A stretch of 64,000 bases of DNA from Terriglobia bacterium (GCA_965218585.1 CBDCLE010000010.1:1-64000), one strand, 5' to 3'; positions 44,232-55,024 are shown, counted from the first letter of the stretch. Notes: generated from the letters alone by a model not told the origin. Numbers and translations: made by a program.

Positions 44232-45572
44232 ATGACCACGCGCATCAACAGACGGACGCTCCTGAAGACGGCAATGGCCGGAATGACCGGCTACTTTGCG
44301 TCGCCGCTGGAAACACTCGCAGGATCGAGTGTGACCGCACAGGGCGTTCCAACGCTCGGCACGGCACGAAATGTGATTTTCATTCTAATGGCGGGCGCGC
44401 CGAGTCAGGTGGACACGTTTGATTTGAAGGTGGACTCGTCGACACCGGCCGATTTCAATCCAACGACGGTTGGCGCCATGGATTTCCCTGAAGGGCTGTT
44501 ACCGAACGTCACACAGCAGCTCGACAAGATTGCCGTCGTGCGCAGCATGCAATCGACTGCGTTGGTCCACCCGCTACTTCAACAATGGACCCAGATCGCG
44601 AGAAGTCCGACCAGTGCGACTGGCTCGATCGCACCCAACATAGGCTCGATCGTGGCTCTGGAGTCTGAAGCGGGCCGACGGAGCGACCAGCCCCTCCCCG
44701 GCTTCGTTTCACTCAACACGGGCGGCAGAATCGCGAAGCAAGGTTATTTCGGGGGACTCTACGCGCCGTTCGACGCCGTTGCCGACCCGGAAGGTCTGGA
44801 GGGACTGACCAACCCGGTAGGCGAAGATCTCTTCAATGCGCGCTACGACATGCTCCAGCTACTGGATTCGCGAAACCGACAACCGTCCGTGTACGGAACG
44901 GTTCTGGAAGAAATGCACGATTTCTATTCGAGTGCCCGCCGCATGATGTATGAACCTGAGGTTCAGGCAGCATTTGAGTTCACCACGTCGGACTCGGAAC
45001 GTTACGGCAGCACAAACTTCGGTGACTCGTGCGTGGTGGCCCGGAATATCCTTGCCGCAGACCTGGGAACTCACTACGTCCAGATTAATTCCGGAGGATG
45101 GGATCACCATCAGGACATCTACCTTGAAGGCGCGGGAATCTACGCTCGGGCCGAGGAATTCGACCCGGCACTTTCGAATCTCCTTGCCGACCTGGCCAGC
45201 ACACCGGGCAGCGCAGGAAATACATTGCTCGATGACACGCTAATCATTGCAAAGGGCGAGTTCGGACGCACGGTAGGTGGCCTGACCAGTCAAAGCGGGC
45301 GGGACCACTACTTCGTGCACTTCGCGATGTTCGCGGGTGGAGGCATAGTCGGTGGGCGGGTCGTCGGAAAGACCACACCAGACGGACGTTTTGTCGAAGA
45401 TCCCGGATGGTCCGGCAATCGGCCGGCAACCGCCGAAGATGTCGCCGCGACGATCTATTCCGCGTTGGGAATCGACCACACAACTGTCCTCGAGAACGAT
45501 CCGCTGGGACGCGGATTCCGTTACACTCCATCGACTCCCTGGGAGTCCACCCCGATCACGGAATTATTCTAG
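44232..45572 (+). CDS. DUF1501 family protein
   Basis: Tat-like RRTLLK, GAPSQVDTFD.K, GGWDHH, GEFGRT, GRDH. Confidence 0.93.
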   Translation: MTTRINRRTLLKTAMAGMTGYFASPLETLAGSSVTAQGVPTLGTARNVIFILMAGAPSQVDTFDLKVDSSTPADFNPTTVGAMDFPEGLLPNVTQQLDKIAVVRSMQSTALVHPLLQQWTQIARSPTSATGSIAPNIGSIVALESEAGRRSDQPLPGFVSLNTGGRIAKQGYFGGLYAPFDAVADPEGLEGLTNPVGEDLFNARYDMLQLLDSRNRQPSVYGTVLEEMHDFYSSARRMMYEPEVQAAFEFTTSDSERYGSTNFGDSCVVARNILAADLGTHYVQINSGGWDHHQDIYLEGAGIYARAEEFDPALSNLLADLASTPGSAGNTLLDDTLIIAKGEFGRTVGGLTSQSGRDHYFVHFAMFAGGGIVGGRVVGKTTPDGRFVEDPGWSGNRPATAEDVAATIYSALGIDHTTVLENDPLGRGFRYTPSTPWESTPITELF

Positions 45573-45806
45573 GAAGATCTCCTCTTCTTCCTCAGGAAAA
45601 TCATCAAATATGTAGATGCCGCTCGCCCGCTGAAGCGCACAGAGTGGGCAATCCTCTTCAAAATATTCTCTCGGATCGAACGCTTCTGTTCGTGACCGAA
45701 CACGGGCACCGTCTGGATGGTCCAGATGTACGAGAACAAAACCATCCTTGCGAGACACGGTCGCATCAGCCCCGTAACGGGCACGGATCTCCTCGTCTGA
45801 AAACAT
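45564..45806 (-). CDS. Small hypothetical protein with CxxC and acidic tail
   Basis: 80 aa, EDCPLC, EEEEEIFLE. Confidence 0.6.
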   Translation of the reverse strand: MFSDEEIRARYGADATVSRKDGFVLVHLDHPDGARVRSRTEAFDPREYFEEDCPLCALQRASGIYIFDDFPEEEEEIFLE

Positions 45807-45947
45807 GATGTTAAGTAATGAGAGCGCATCTCATCGCGGCTCGGTTCAACCAGCTGAGTGCACTCGAACAGGAAAGGGTGAGTACTATTCTAATGCAAAC
45901 TGAGCAGGGACAGAGAAACTTCGGGAAGGTCTGCCTCGATCTGACAG

Positions 45948-45997
45948 CTGACGACTCGGCTCCGCCTCGTTGTCCATCCGCACCGGGAGACCGGGGT
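45948..45997 (+). repeat. Short REP-like repeat (head module)
   Basis: CTGACGACTCGGCTCCGCCTCGTTGTCCATCCGCACCGGGAGACCGG. Confidence 0.72.
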
Positions 45998-46031
45998 GGC
46001 GAAACGTCAACTGACTTGCTTGTCGACCAAA

Positions 46032-46388
46032 CTACACGCGCCCGTAATCATCCTCGAATCTTTCGATATCACCCTCACCCAGGTACGCTCCGCGTTGCAC
46101 CTCGATGAAGATCAGGTCGTCACTTCCCGAATTCTCGATGCGGTGCCGAGCACCGAGTGGAACATCCATGCTGTCGCCCGGCGACAATCTTGTTTCACGG
46201 CCATCCAATGTCGCCAATGCCTCCCCACTGACAACTGTCCAGTGTTCGGACCGGGATGCGTGGCGCTGATAACTGAGCCGGTTCTTCGGAAGAACGACGA
46301 TGCGTTTAACCTTGTATCCGGTGTCCTCATCGAGCACCGTGAAGGTTCCCCACGGACGATGGTCGGTCTTCGGATCAGATGCAGACAT
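46032..46388 (-). CDS. Mannose-6-phosphate isomerase type II C-terminal cupin
   Basis: RPWG.F.VL, LSYQRH..RSEHW.VV.G, IEVQ.G.YLGE.DI.R.EDDYGR. Confidence 0.92.
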   Translation of the reverse strand: MSASDPKTDHRPWGTFTVLDEDTGYKVKRIVVLPKNRLSYQRHASRSEHWTVVSGEALATLDGRETRLSPGDSMDVPLGARHRIENSGSDDLIFIEVQRGAYLGEGDIERFEDDYGRV

Positions 46389-46533
46389 CGGCTTTTTCCC
46401 TAGGACAATAATTCGGTTCAAGGAATTGCAGTAATTGACCGTATCCCTATTGAATAGGAACTTGACTCCACAACGCCATGTCGTAACCTATCTAAGATAG
46501 AAAACTTGCTTCTCTAACTGAGAAAGGATTCTC

Positions 46534-48803
46534 ATGCTTGTACGCTTCTGGGGGACCCGAGGCTCGATACCCACCCCCGGGCCGGGAACAGCCCGGTACG
46601 GGGGCAACACTTCCTGCGTCGAACTTCAAAGCGAAGACGGCAACCTGTTCGTCTTCGACTGTGGCACCGGCATCCAGGAGTTGGGGCTTTCGCTTCTCGG
46701 CAGGTCGGCCCCCCCCCCCCCGAGAATCCATATACTGATCGGACATACGCACTGGGACCACATCCAGGGTTTCCCTTTCTTCACGCCCGTGTTTCTTCCA
46801 GGAACTGAAATCAATATCTACGCTCCTCTGGGCTTCCAGAGAAGCCTTGAAGATGCGATGGCCGGGCAGATGCAGTACTCCTATTTCCCCGTAAAGCTGC
46901 AGGACCTGTCCAGCCGTATCCACTACACCGAAATGGATGAAGGATTTTTTCGCATCGGGAACTGCCTGGTAGAAACACAGTATCTCAACCATACGGCACC
47001 AACGATCGCATATCGTATCACCGAAGGATCGACCAGCGTCGCCTACGTTACCGACCACGAACCATTCTGGCAATCTTCGGGCCCGGTGTTCCGGCATCCG
47101 GGAGATCAACTCCATGTCGAGTTCATTCGCGACGTCGATCTCCTTATCCACGACGCTCAGTATTCGGAAGAAGAGTACAAAGGCAAGGTGGGGTGGGGAC
47201 ACAGCCCGATTGGATATGTCCGGGATGTCGCACTCGCAGCCGACGCCAAACGCCTGGCCTTATTTCATCATGACCCGACGCACGACGATGCCTGGATTGA
47301 AGAAGTAGAACAGGGCCTCCGCGAATCACTGGCTGGACACGATCCTCCTATTGACGTCTTCGCTGCCGCGGAACGCATGGAGTTGGAAATTCAGGGCAAG
47401 GGCCTTCATTCGGAGATCAGCCCCGAATCGGCATTGGTACATCGCTCCACCCTGGGCCAGCGCGTATTGCTCGTCAGCCCTGATCAAAACGACTTCACTT
47501 TGATGGAGCGCACGCTTGTAGAAGACGGTCTGATTCTGATGCCGGCCACGGACGCGTCAGGCGCACTGAAACGGGGAAAGGAATTCGCGCCTGCTGTGGC
47601 GATCGTCGATGGCAGTGCGTTGGAGGCCGACCCGCAGTTTGTTCAGACACTGCGGCAAAACATCGGAAATGCGGATTTGCCGGTTATTCTGCTGACAGAA
47701 GGTCACGACCTCGAAAGCACGTCATCTGGTTTCAACGAAGCCACCGACTACCTCGAGCGGCCGTTCAGTCCGCCGATGCTGCGATCTCGTGTCCGGGCAT
47801 GGATTTCCCGCACTGTCCTGGAGAAGGGGCTGGCACTAACTTCAGATGCCGGAAAAAGCAAGCCGTTAGCGCCGCCCGTCTCGGAAACAGCAGATAGAAA
47901 CTACACGGACGTTCTTCGGAAAACAGAACTCTTTCAGCACCTGGACCCGGCACAACTCGAGGACCTTATATCCAACGCGAGCGAACAGGTCTTCCCTCCC
48001 GGCTACCCGATCCTTAACGAAGGCGACAAGGGAACCAGCGTCTTCATCATCGCTTCCGGGCGCGTTCGAATCGTGGAAGCCGTACCGGACGGTCCTGCCG
48101 ACATGTTTCTGGACGAACTCGGACCGGGAGAGATTTTCGGAGAGATTGGCTTTCTCAGGGATACCCCCCGTTCGGCAACTGTCGCAACCCTGGAGCAAAC
48201 GAGGTGTCTGGTCCTGCCGCAGAAAGATTTCCTGACGACCCTGGAGGCCTCCCCCGCGTTGTGCATCGCGTTATTGCGAGTCCTGGCGGGTCGTCTGGCC
48301 GAGGCCGACCGCCTCCTGGCGCGGTACGCTCCCGATCCGCTGACCGGCCTAACCGGCCGTCGCGCGTTTCATGACCTGTACCACAAGCTTTCAGCGGGAG
48401 CTCGCAGACGCGGTAACGGAGCCATCCTTCTACTGATCGACATCGACAACCTGAGCGGTGTCAATGATGCGTTCGGATATGCAGTCGGAGATGATGTCCT
48501 GAAAGCGACGGCCGAGGCTCTGATGCAGTCCTCGAGAAGCACGGACCTGGTGCGCGGTATGGGAGTGATGAGTTTGCCGTATTGCTGATGGACGCGGACG
48601 CTGCAGTCTGCGATCAGATTACCGGAAGGGTCAGCGAACACCTGGCAAAGCTAGCCCAACGTAAGGAACTTCCCGTCGGCATCCGCTACGACGTCGGTAT
48701 CGCCATGAGTGATGAGGCACCGGAGACAGTGGATGGATTACTTCGGAAAGCCGACGAAGAAATCCAGAAGAAGAAAGCGCGAAAGACCCAGACGACACCT
48801 TAG
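46534..48803 (+). CDS. MBL-fold hydrolase-REC-cNMP-binding-GGDEF(GSDEF) fusion, frameshift near 48553
   Basis: GTRGS, DCGTG, HTHWDHIQG, HHDP; REC-like DYL..PF; GPGEIFGE...PRSATV; DPLTGL, D.DN...VND..G...GD; shifted RYGSDEF. Confidence 0.85.
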
Positions 48804-48903
48804 GTGTAAGACGACTTCCGCGTTCATTTCCGAAGAATTCACTGACAACTTCCTCCTGGATTTAGCTATCCTAGTTGGATTCTGAACCCACCGAGGAGGA
48901 AGC

Positions 48904-50832
48904 GTGCCCGATCAGAGTCCGGAGCATAAACCCTACATCTCCGCTTCAACTTCACTTCCCGAAATCACGATAAAGTCGCTCTTCCTCGGCATCATCCTTG
49001 CGATCGTCCTGGGTGCGGCCAATGCTTACCTTGGACTCTTTGCAGGCCTCACCGTCTCGGCATCGATCCCTGCTGCCGTCATTTCGATGGCTCTTCTACG
49101 GTCTTTCAAGAACTCGAACATTCTTGAGAACAACATTGTTCAAACTGCGGCCTCCGCAGGAGAAAGTGTGTCGGCAGGGGTTATTTTCACGATTCCGGCT
49201 CTGGTTATTCTTGGCACATGGACCGAGTTCAACTACTGGGAGACAACCATGATCGCGGGCTTTGGAGGGTTTCTGGGCGTCCTGTTCACCATTCCTCTCC
49301 GCCGCGCACTGATCATTGAAACCCCGCTGCGCTTTCCCGAAGGCGTTGCGACTGCGGAGGTTCTGAAAGTCGGTGAAGGTGGCGGCACGGGCGTTCGCAA
49401 CATCGCAGCCGCAGGAGCCATCGGAGCCATCTTCAAACTGGGTGAAACCGGCTTCCGCTTGTGGGGCGGTGTCATTGAACAGGCGACCTACGCCGGCGGT
49501 ACGATCCTTTATATTGGAAGCAACCTTTCCCCGGCCCTTATCGGTGTCGGCTACATCGTGGGCCTGAACATTGCCGCTCTCGTGTTTATCGGGGGCGCAC
49601 TCAATTGGTTCGTTGCTATTCCGATACTTGCCCTCGTGAACGGGATCGCTCCGGATGAATCCGCCGTCAGCGCGGCCGGTGTCCTCTGGTCCACCCAAAC
49701 GCGCTATCTCGGCGTGGGTGCCATGGTGGTGGGTGGTCTATGGGCCCTGGTAAAACTGCGGACCAGTTTGATTCAGGGAATCCGGTCCGGAGCTGCGGCT
49801 TACCGGAAGACGCGCGATGGCGGGATGGCGGCAACTGGTCGCACGGAGAGGGACATGCCCATGCAGTGGATTGGTATCGCCATAGCCCTATCGGTGATCC
49901 CTCTCTATTTCATCTTCAATCACATCACAGGAGAACCAGCGATCTCAGCTGCAATGGCGGTCATCATGCTCGTCGCGGGGTTCCTGTTTTCAGCGGTGGC
50001 GGCCTACATGGGTGGACTCGTCGGCTCGTCGAACAATCCGATTTCCGGTGTCACCATCGCCACGATTCTCAGTTCAGCGCTGCTACTGTTGGTGTTCCTG
50101 GGTGGAGACAGCCCTATTGGCCCAGCATCTGCGATCCTGATCGGTTCCGTGGTATGTTGCGCCGCGGCAATGGCCGGCGACAACATGCAGGACCTCAAGG
50201 CCGGATACCTGGTAGGAGCCACTCCCTACAAACAACAGATTGTTCAAGGAGTGGGCGTTATTTCAGCGGCAGTCGTCATCGCGCCGACGTTGACGCTCCT
50301 ACTGGAGGCTTACGGAATCGGCATCCCGACCGAGGCTCATCCCGAGCCTCTGGCGGCGCCCCAGGCCACTCTGATGGCTTCAGTGGCTCAGGGTGTATTT
50401 CGGGGAGGATTGCCAGTCGGCATCGTCGCCATCGGAATGGTGATTGCCGTCGCCGTTATCGCACTGGACCTTTACCTGGAGCGGAAACAAGCAAACTTCA
50501 GAACACCTGTGCTTGCTCTTGCCGTAGGCATCTATCTTCCCCTGGAACTTTCGGTGCCTATTGTTATCGGGGGATTGATTGCCCATCGTGCCGGACGCAT
50601 AAGAACTGGCACCGAAGATCGGGGCGTTCTGTTTGCAGCAGGTCTGATCACAGGGGAAGCCCTGATCGGGATCGCGATGGCGATACCGATCGTCATCTAC
50701 GGCCGTGCAGACATCCTGGCCTTCTGGGGAGTTTATGATGGGAATATTCCCGGGGTCGTCCTGCTTGCCCTCGTCGCTTTCCTTCTCTATCGCGCGGGTG
50801 TCTGGTCGGAATCGTCTGGGGAAAATTCGTAA
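48904..50832 (+). CDS. OPT-family oligopeptide transporter
   Basis: ANAYLGL..GLTVSASIPAAVISM, PEG.ATAEVL, MQDLKAG.LVGATP, APQATLM. Confidence 0.94.
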   Translation: MPDQSPEHKPYISASTSLPEITIKSLFLGIILAIVLGAANAYLGLFAGLTVSASIPAAVISMALLRSFKNSNILENNIVQTAASAGESVSAGVIFTIPALVILGTWTEFNYWETTMIAGFGGFLGVLFTIPLRRALIIETPLRFPEGVATAEVLKVGEGGGTGVRNIAAAGAIGAIFKLGETGFRLWGGVIEQATYAGGTILYIGSNLSPALIGVGYIVGLNIAALVFIGGALNWFVAIPILALVNGIAPDESAVSAAGVLWSTQTRYLGVGAMVVGGLWALVKLRTSLIQGIRSGAAAYRKTRDGGMAATGRTERDMPMQWIGIAIALSVIPLYFIFNHITGEPAISAAMAVIMLVAGFLFSAVAAYMGGLVGSSNNPISGVTIATILSSALLLLVFLGGDSPIGPASAILIGSVVCCAAAMAGDNMQDLKAGYLVGATPYKQQIVQGVGVISAAVVIAPTLTLLLEAYGIGIPTEAHPEPLAAPQATLMASVAQGVFRGGLPVGIVAIGMVIAVAVIALDLYLERKQANFRTPVLALAVGIYLPLELSVPIVIGGLIAHRAGRIRTGTEDRGVLFAAGLITGEALIGIAMAIPIVIYGRADILAFWGVYDGNIPGVVLLALVAFLLYRAGVWSESSGENS

Positions 50833-50939
50833 CAGGCCAACTTTAGTCTTCAGCTGATTCCCAGACCCGACGATAGTCTTATTCGACTGAGTTGAGATCG
50901 AGCGATCATCGTGCTCGATTTGATCGTTTTCCGGCACCC

Positions 50940-51116
50940 ACGCCTCGGCTCCGCCTCGTTGTCCATCCGCACCAGAGACCGATGCGGATCCTTCAGGACC
51001 TGCTTCAACGAACCGATATGCTGAAGGGCTTGCAATCAGGATGATTGCGAGCGTCGCCCTGCTTTCACATTAAAGACTCGGCCAGGATGGCCGTAAGAAC
51101 GACCGAGCGAAATCTT
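50940..51116 (+). repeat. Mosaic copy of dispersed repeat (head + AGGA hairpins + tail)
   Basis: Head module 50940-50994; GCAATC-AGGAT-GATTGC; CGGCC-AGGAT-GGCCG; tail GAACGACCGAGCGAAATCTT shared with 5032 and 17594-17611. Confidence 0.75.
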
Positions 51117-51136
51117 AGGTCGCGAACTACGGCTTC

Positions 51137-51967
51137 TTACCTCAGAACCTGTTCCAGCGAAGTCGACGCGTCGGTCTTTTCGTCGCGGTACTTGACGATT
51201 ACAGGCGCATAGACCGAGACACCGTTCTGGGCAGCAAAGTCACCCCTGGCAGGCCGCGTGCCCGGAACAAGAACGGCACCTGCCGGGATGGTCAGCGGAG
51301 TGTCGCCCGTGCGTTGGTAGATGGTCTCCCGGACGGTGTCGTATACGCGGACGCCGCCGGTCAGCAGAACTCCCGGCGCGAGCACAGCCCGTTCACCGAC
51401 GATGACGCCTTCATACACACCGCAGTTTCCTCCCACGAACGCATCATCTTCTACGATGACTGGAAGCGCCCCCGGGGGTTCTAAGACGCCGCCAATCTGC
51501 GCGGCAGCGGAGAGGTGGACCCTTTTACCTACCTGAGCGCATGAACCGACCAACGCGTGGGAGTCCACCATGGAGCCGTCATCGACCCAGGCGCCGATAT
51601 TGATGAACATCGGCGGCATACAGATCACGTTCTTCCCGATGTAAGCGCCATCACGAATGCTGGACCCACCGGGAACGACCCGGGGATCGGAATCGGTCCT
51701 ATGCCGAAGCGGCAACGTGTCCTTGTCCAGGAATCGAAATTCTTCAGATAAATCTCTTTCGGCGTTCGTCCCTACTCGAAAGGCCAGCAGAATACCCCGC
51801 TTCACCCAAGCATTGGTCCGCCATACGCCATCAACCTTCTCTGCGGCGCGGTAATGTCCCTGATTGAGTCCGTCCCGAAATTCGGCTACGACACCCAGCC
51901 CTTCTGCCCGGGCCTTCTCAGCCGGCATTGCTATCAGTCGATCTATGTCGTTCTGTATATCAGCCAT
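51137..51967 (-). CDS. dapD: Tetrahydrodipicolinate N-succinyltransferase
   Basis: WVKRGILL.F, RVVPGG, MVDSHALVGSCAQ, GGVLEP. Confidence 0.95.
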   Translation of the reverse strand: MADIQNDIDRLIAMPAEKARAEGLGVVAEFRDGLNQGHYRAAEKVDGVWRTNAWVKRGILLAFRVGTNAERDLSEEFRFLDKDTLPLRHRTDSDPRVVPGGSSIRDGAYIGKNVICMPPMFINIGAWVDDGSMVDSHALVGSCAQVGKRVHLSAAAQIGGVLEPPGALPVIVEDDAFVGGNCGVYEGVIVGERAVLAPGVLLTGGVRVYDTVRETIYQRTGDTPLTIPAGAVLVPGTRPARGDFAAQNGVSVYAPVIVKYRDEKTDASTSLEQVLR

Positions 51968-52880
51968 TCGTGCCCTTCGGGATGCCCTGCTCGACGCCCA
52001 ACTCCAGATCCGATGCAATCGCTCGCAAAATTTCCCGCGTCTCGGCCGAAGGTTTCGTCAGCGGCAAACGATAGGTTTCCTCCATGAGCCCCATCATGGC
52101 CAGAACAGCTTTGACGGGAACAGGATTACTCTCGATGAAATTCGCCTGCATCAGCGGAAGCAATCGATACTGCAGCTTCCGAGCCGCGGCAAAATCGCCC
52201 TCTAGCGCAAGGGTGACGAGTTCCCCAAACATCTGAGGAACCTCATTGGAAAGAACCGAAACAACTCCGTCCCCACCGGCCGCTATCATGGGGAGCGTCA
52301 GGGCATCGTCACCCGACAACACACGAAATCCGTCCCCTCGGCATCGGATGATCTCCATGATCTGGTCGAAATTTCTCGACGCCTCCTTCACAGCAACGAT
52401 CCCTGGAAGCTCAGCTAAACGCAGCGTCGTCTCAGCTGTGATGTTGCCACTGGTTCTCCCGGGAACGTTGTAGATCACGACAGGCAGATCGTTAACCTCG
52501 GTCACGGCTTTGAAATGCTCGTAAAATCCCTTCTGAGAAGGCTTGTTGTAGTAAGGACCCACCGACAGGATCGCATCGGCGCCAAGTTCCCCAGCACGCC
52601 GCGTGAGGCGCAGTGCCCGGGCGGTCGAATTGCAACCCGCACCGGCAATCACCAGAACCCTTCCCGCAACAAGTTCGACCACGCGCGCTATGACGCGCTC
52701 CCACTCGTCGGATTCCAGCGTGGCTCCCTCTCCGGTGGTGCCACAGGGCAGAATCATGTCGATGCCACCTTCAATCTGAAACTCGACCAGGCGGGCCAGG
52801 GCATCCTCGTCTACACTCATGTCCTGGGCAAACGGTGTCACTAGCGCGGTTCCCGTACCTTGAAATTTTTCTTTAGACAT
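51960..52880 (-). CDS. dapA: 4-hydroxy-tetrahydrodipicolinate synthase
   Basis: CGTTGE, PYYNKPSQ, YNVPGRT, VKEAS, LSGDD, ESNPVPVK. Confidence 0.97.
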   Translation of the reverse strand: MSKEKFQGTGTALVTPFAQDMSVDEDALARLVEFQIEGGIDMILPCGTTGEGATLESDEWERVIARVVELVAGRVLVIAGAGCNSTARALRLTRRAGELGADAILSVGPYYNKPSQKGFYEHFKAVTEVNDLPVVIYNVPGRTSGNITAETTLRLAELPGIVAVKEASRNFDQIMEIIRCRGDGFRVLSGDDALTLPMIAAGGDGVVSVLSNEVPQMFGELVTLALEGDFAAARKLQYRLLPLMQANFIESNPVPVKAVLAMMGLMEETYRLPLTKPSAETREILRAIASDLELGVEQGIPKGTNG

Positions 52881-52909
52881 GCTTCGTTACCTGATTGATT
52901 AGTAACATC

Positions 52910-53620
52910 TTACAGCTCCACGTCATCCATGGTAAAGACGCCCTTTCGGCCCCGAACCCATCGGGCTGCGGCTAGAGCACCCATCGCGAACCCTGCCCTG
53001 TTCTTTGCCACGTGGCGCAATTTGATCGCATCCGCCTCAGAGTCAAACCCCACTACGTGCGATCCCGGCATGGTCCCGGCCCGGACTGAGGAAACCTGCA
53101 GTTCCTCCGGGGCGACAACACCCTCGGGTGCACCTTTAAGGGTCCGCGTCTTGCGCGAGATCTCCTCGATCAGGATCTCTCCAATACGGAGTGCGGTCCC
53201 GCTGGGACTGTCTACCTTCCCCTTGTGATGCTGCTCTTCAACAAACACATCGTACTCGGGCAAGGACTCCATCAGTTCCCCAGCCCTCTGAAGAATCCGG
53301 TAAAAGACGTTCACCCCGATCGAGAAGTTCTGTGCATACACAAGCCCGGAATCGGTAAACCAATCACGAACTTCTTCGAGATGCTCATACCATCCGGTCG
53401 TCCCCACAACGATATCCGCCCCATTGTCCGCTGCCAGCTTCATGTTCGCCATCACCGTCTCGGGTGTCGAAAACTCGATACAGACGTCCGCGCGTCGAAT
53501 CCCCTCAGCATTCGGGAGTGGATCCAGATCAAAGATCGAAACGATGTCGTCCCCCGCCTGGACGGCCAGCCGCTCGACCTCATGCCCCATTTTACCGTAA
53601 CCAATCAGAGCTATTTTCAT
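52910..53620 (-). CDS. dapB: 4-hydroxy-tetrahydrodipicolinate reductase
   Basis: GYGKMG, VVGTTGW, NFSIGV, HH..K.DSPSGTA. Confidence 0.96.
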   Translation of the reverse strand: MKIALIGYGKMGHEVERLAVQAGDDIVSIFDLDPLPNAEGIRRADVCIEFSTPETVMANMKLAADNGADIVVGTTGWYEHLEEVRDWFTDSGLVYAQNFSIGVNVFYRILQRAGELMESLPEYDVFVEEQHHKGKVDSPSGTALRIGEILIEEISRKTRTLKGAPEGVVAPEELQVSSVRAGTMPGSHVVGFDSEADAIKLRHVAKNRAGFAMGALAAARWVRGRKGVFTMDDVEL

Positions 53621-53640
53621 TCCGTGTCTTTCGTTCCGCG

Positions 53641-54633
53641 CTACCCGAGCAGTGATCGAGCCAGACGATCGTATAGTTCGACACCTTCGAGCAGGTCGCG
53701 CTTCGAGATCTTCTCGTGCGCCGTGTGCGCATCCAGTATAGAGCCCGGGCCGACAAGCAGTGGCTTTCCCAGATTTCCCAGGTACGGGATATCGCTTCCA
53801 AAGGAAACGACGGTCTCGGCAAATCCGGGAACAACGTGCATGTGCTGCGGTGACGACCCCGCCTGGACATCGATCACAGCGCGTCCCCCGACGACTTGAA
53901 GCAGCCGTTCGCGCACACCCTCCACGTTTTCGACCGTTCGCAGCATGATCGAAGCCATAGCATCCGGAGCCACGATGTTCGCACGTTCCCCCCCGCGGAC
54001 CACACCAACGTTGCAGGTGCCCTTTCCCAAGACCGGGTCCTGACCCCAGTCAGCCCTGACGCAATCATGTAAGACGTCAATGAGTGGGTGCAGGGCGGAT
54101 ACTCCGGCTTCGGGATATCCCGAATGGGCCGCCTTGCCTTCGACGCTTAGATCCGCCAACAGCGTTCCCTTCTGCGCCCTGGCCAGCTTGTTTTCGGTGG
54201 GTTCACCCACGATAACGAACTCCGATGACCAGTCCAGCTGATTGGCAGCCTTGGCGCCATCCCCTCCGGTCTCTTCTCCCACGAGCAGCAGGAAACCGAA
54301 ATTCTTGTGCCCATCCGCCCGCAAGCGTTCGCCTGCGGTGTACATCGCCGCGAAGATCCCTTTAGTATCGCAGGCTCCACGCCCGTATAACGCCTCGTCA
54401 TCTTCAGATACATCCAGGAACGGCGGAACGGTGTCGATGTGCGTGCAGAAGACGACCTTTGGCTCTTCGCCGGCATAGGCCATCACGTTGAAACGATCCT
54501 CTCCCACCGGCTGGGTCTCGACGCGGTAGCCTCCTTCCTTCAGAAAGGAATCGAGGAAACGTCCAACCTCCCCTTCGGTTCCAGTGACGGAAGGGATCAA
54601 CATCAACTGCCTGGTCAATTCGAAAGGATTCAT
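53641..54633 (-). CDS. M20 deacylase (ArgE/DapE-like)
   Basis: THIDTV, GRGACDTKG, VGEE, VGEPT, AH...E; first gene of the dap cluster. Confidence 0.88.
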   Translation of the reverse strand: MNPFELTRQLMLIPSVTGTEGEVGRFLDSFLKEGGYRVETQPVGEDRFNVMAYAGEEPKVVFCTHIDTVPPFLDVSEDDEALYGRGACDTKGIFAAMYTAGERLRADGHKNFGFLLLVGEETGGDGAKAANQLDWSSEFVIVGEPTENKLARAQKGTLLADLSVEGKAAHSGYPEAGVSALHPLIDVLHDCVRADWGQDPVLGKGTCNVGVVRGGERANIVAPDAMASIMLRTVENVEGVRERLLQVVGGRAVIDVQAGSSPQHMHVVPGFAETVVSFGSDIPYLGNLGKPLLVGPGSILDAHTAHEKISKRDLLEGVELYDRLARSLLG

Positions 54634-54686
54634 TCAGTGTCCCGAGACATCCATTATAGAGGCGGATGGATTACAATCGACCCGTG

Positions 54687-55019
54687 ATGACGGATGCAGA
54701 ATTCGGCAGGGCCAGTGATTCCGCCCTCGACGATCTCAATCGACGGATGGACACCATCGCCGACGAGCACGACGTCGAAATCCTCTTTCAGAGTGGAGTC
54801 CTTTCGCTGGAGATTGAAGAGCCCACCTTCTCAAAAATCATCATCAGTCCCAACAGTCCCGCCCGACAAATTTGGATATCGGCCCAATCCACCAGTTTCA
54901 AGTTGGACTGGTCTCGGGAAAAAGAAGCTTTCGTCTTATCGGCGACCGCCGAACCACTCGATGTACTGGTAGGTCGGCTCGTGGGCGAGGAGTTGGGTGT
55001 CGGTCCCGTTCACCTCTAA
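54687..55019 (+). CDS. cyaY: Frataxin-like iron donor CyaY
   Basis: Acidic helix, GVLSL, ISPN.PARQIWIS. Confidence 0.8.
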   Translation: MTDAEFGRASDSALDDLNRRMDTIADEHDVEILFQSGVLSLEIEEPTFSKIIISPNSPARQIWISAQSTSFKLDWSREKEAFVLSATAEPLDVLVGRLVGEELGVGPVHL

Positions 55020-55024
55020 TACCC

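Noticed and set aside
46706-46721. Long C homopolymer as a phase-variation switch
   Set aside because: In frame (Ala-Pro-Pro-Pro-Pro) and no evidence of length variation from a single sequence
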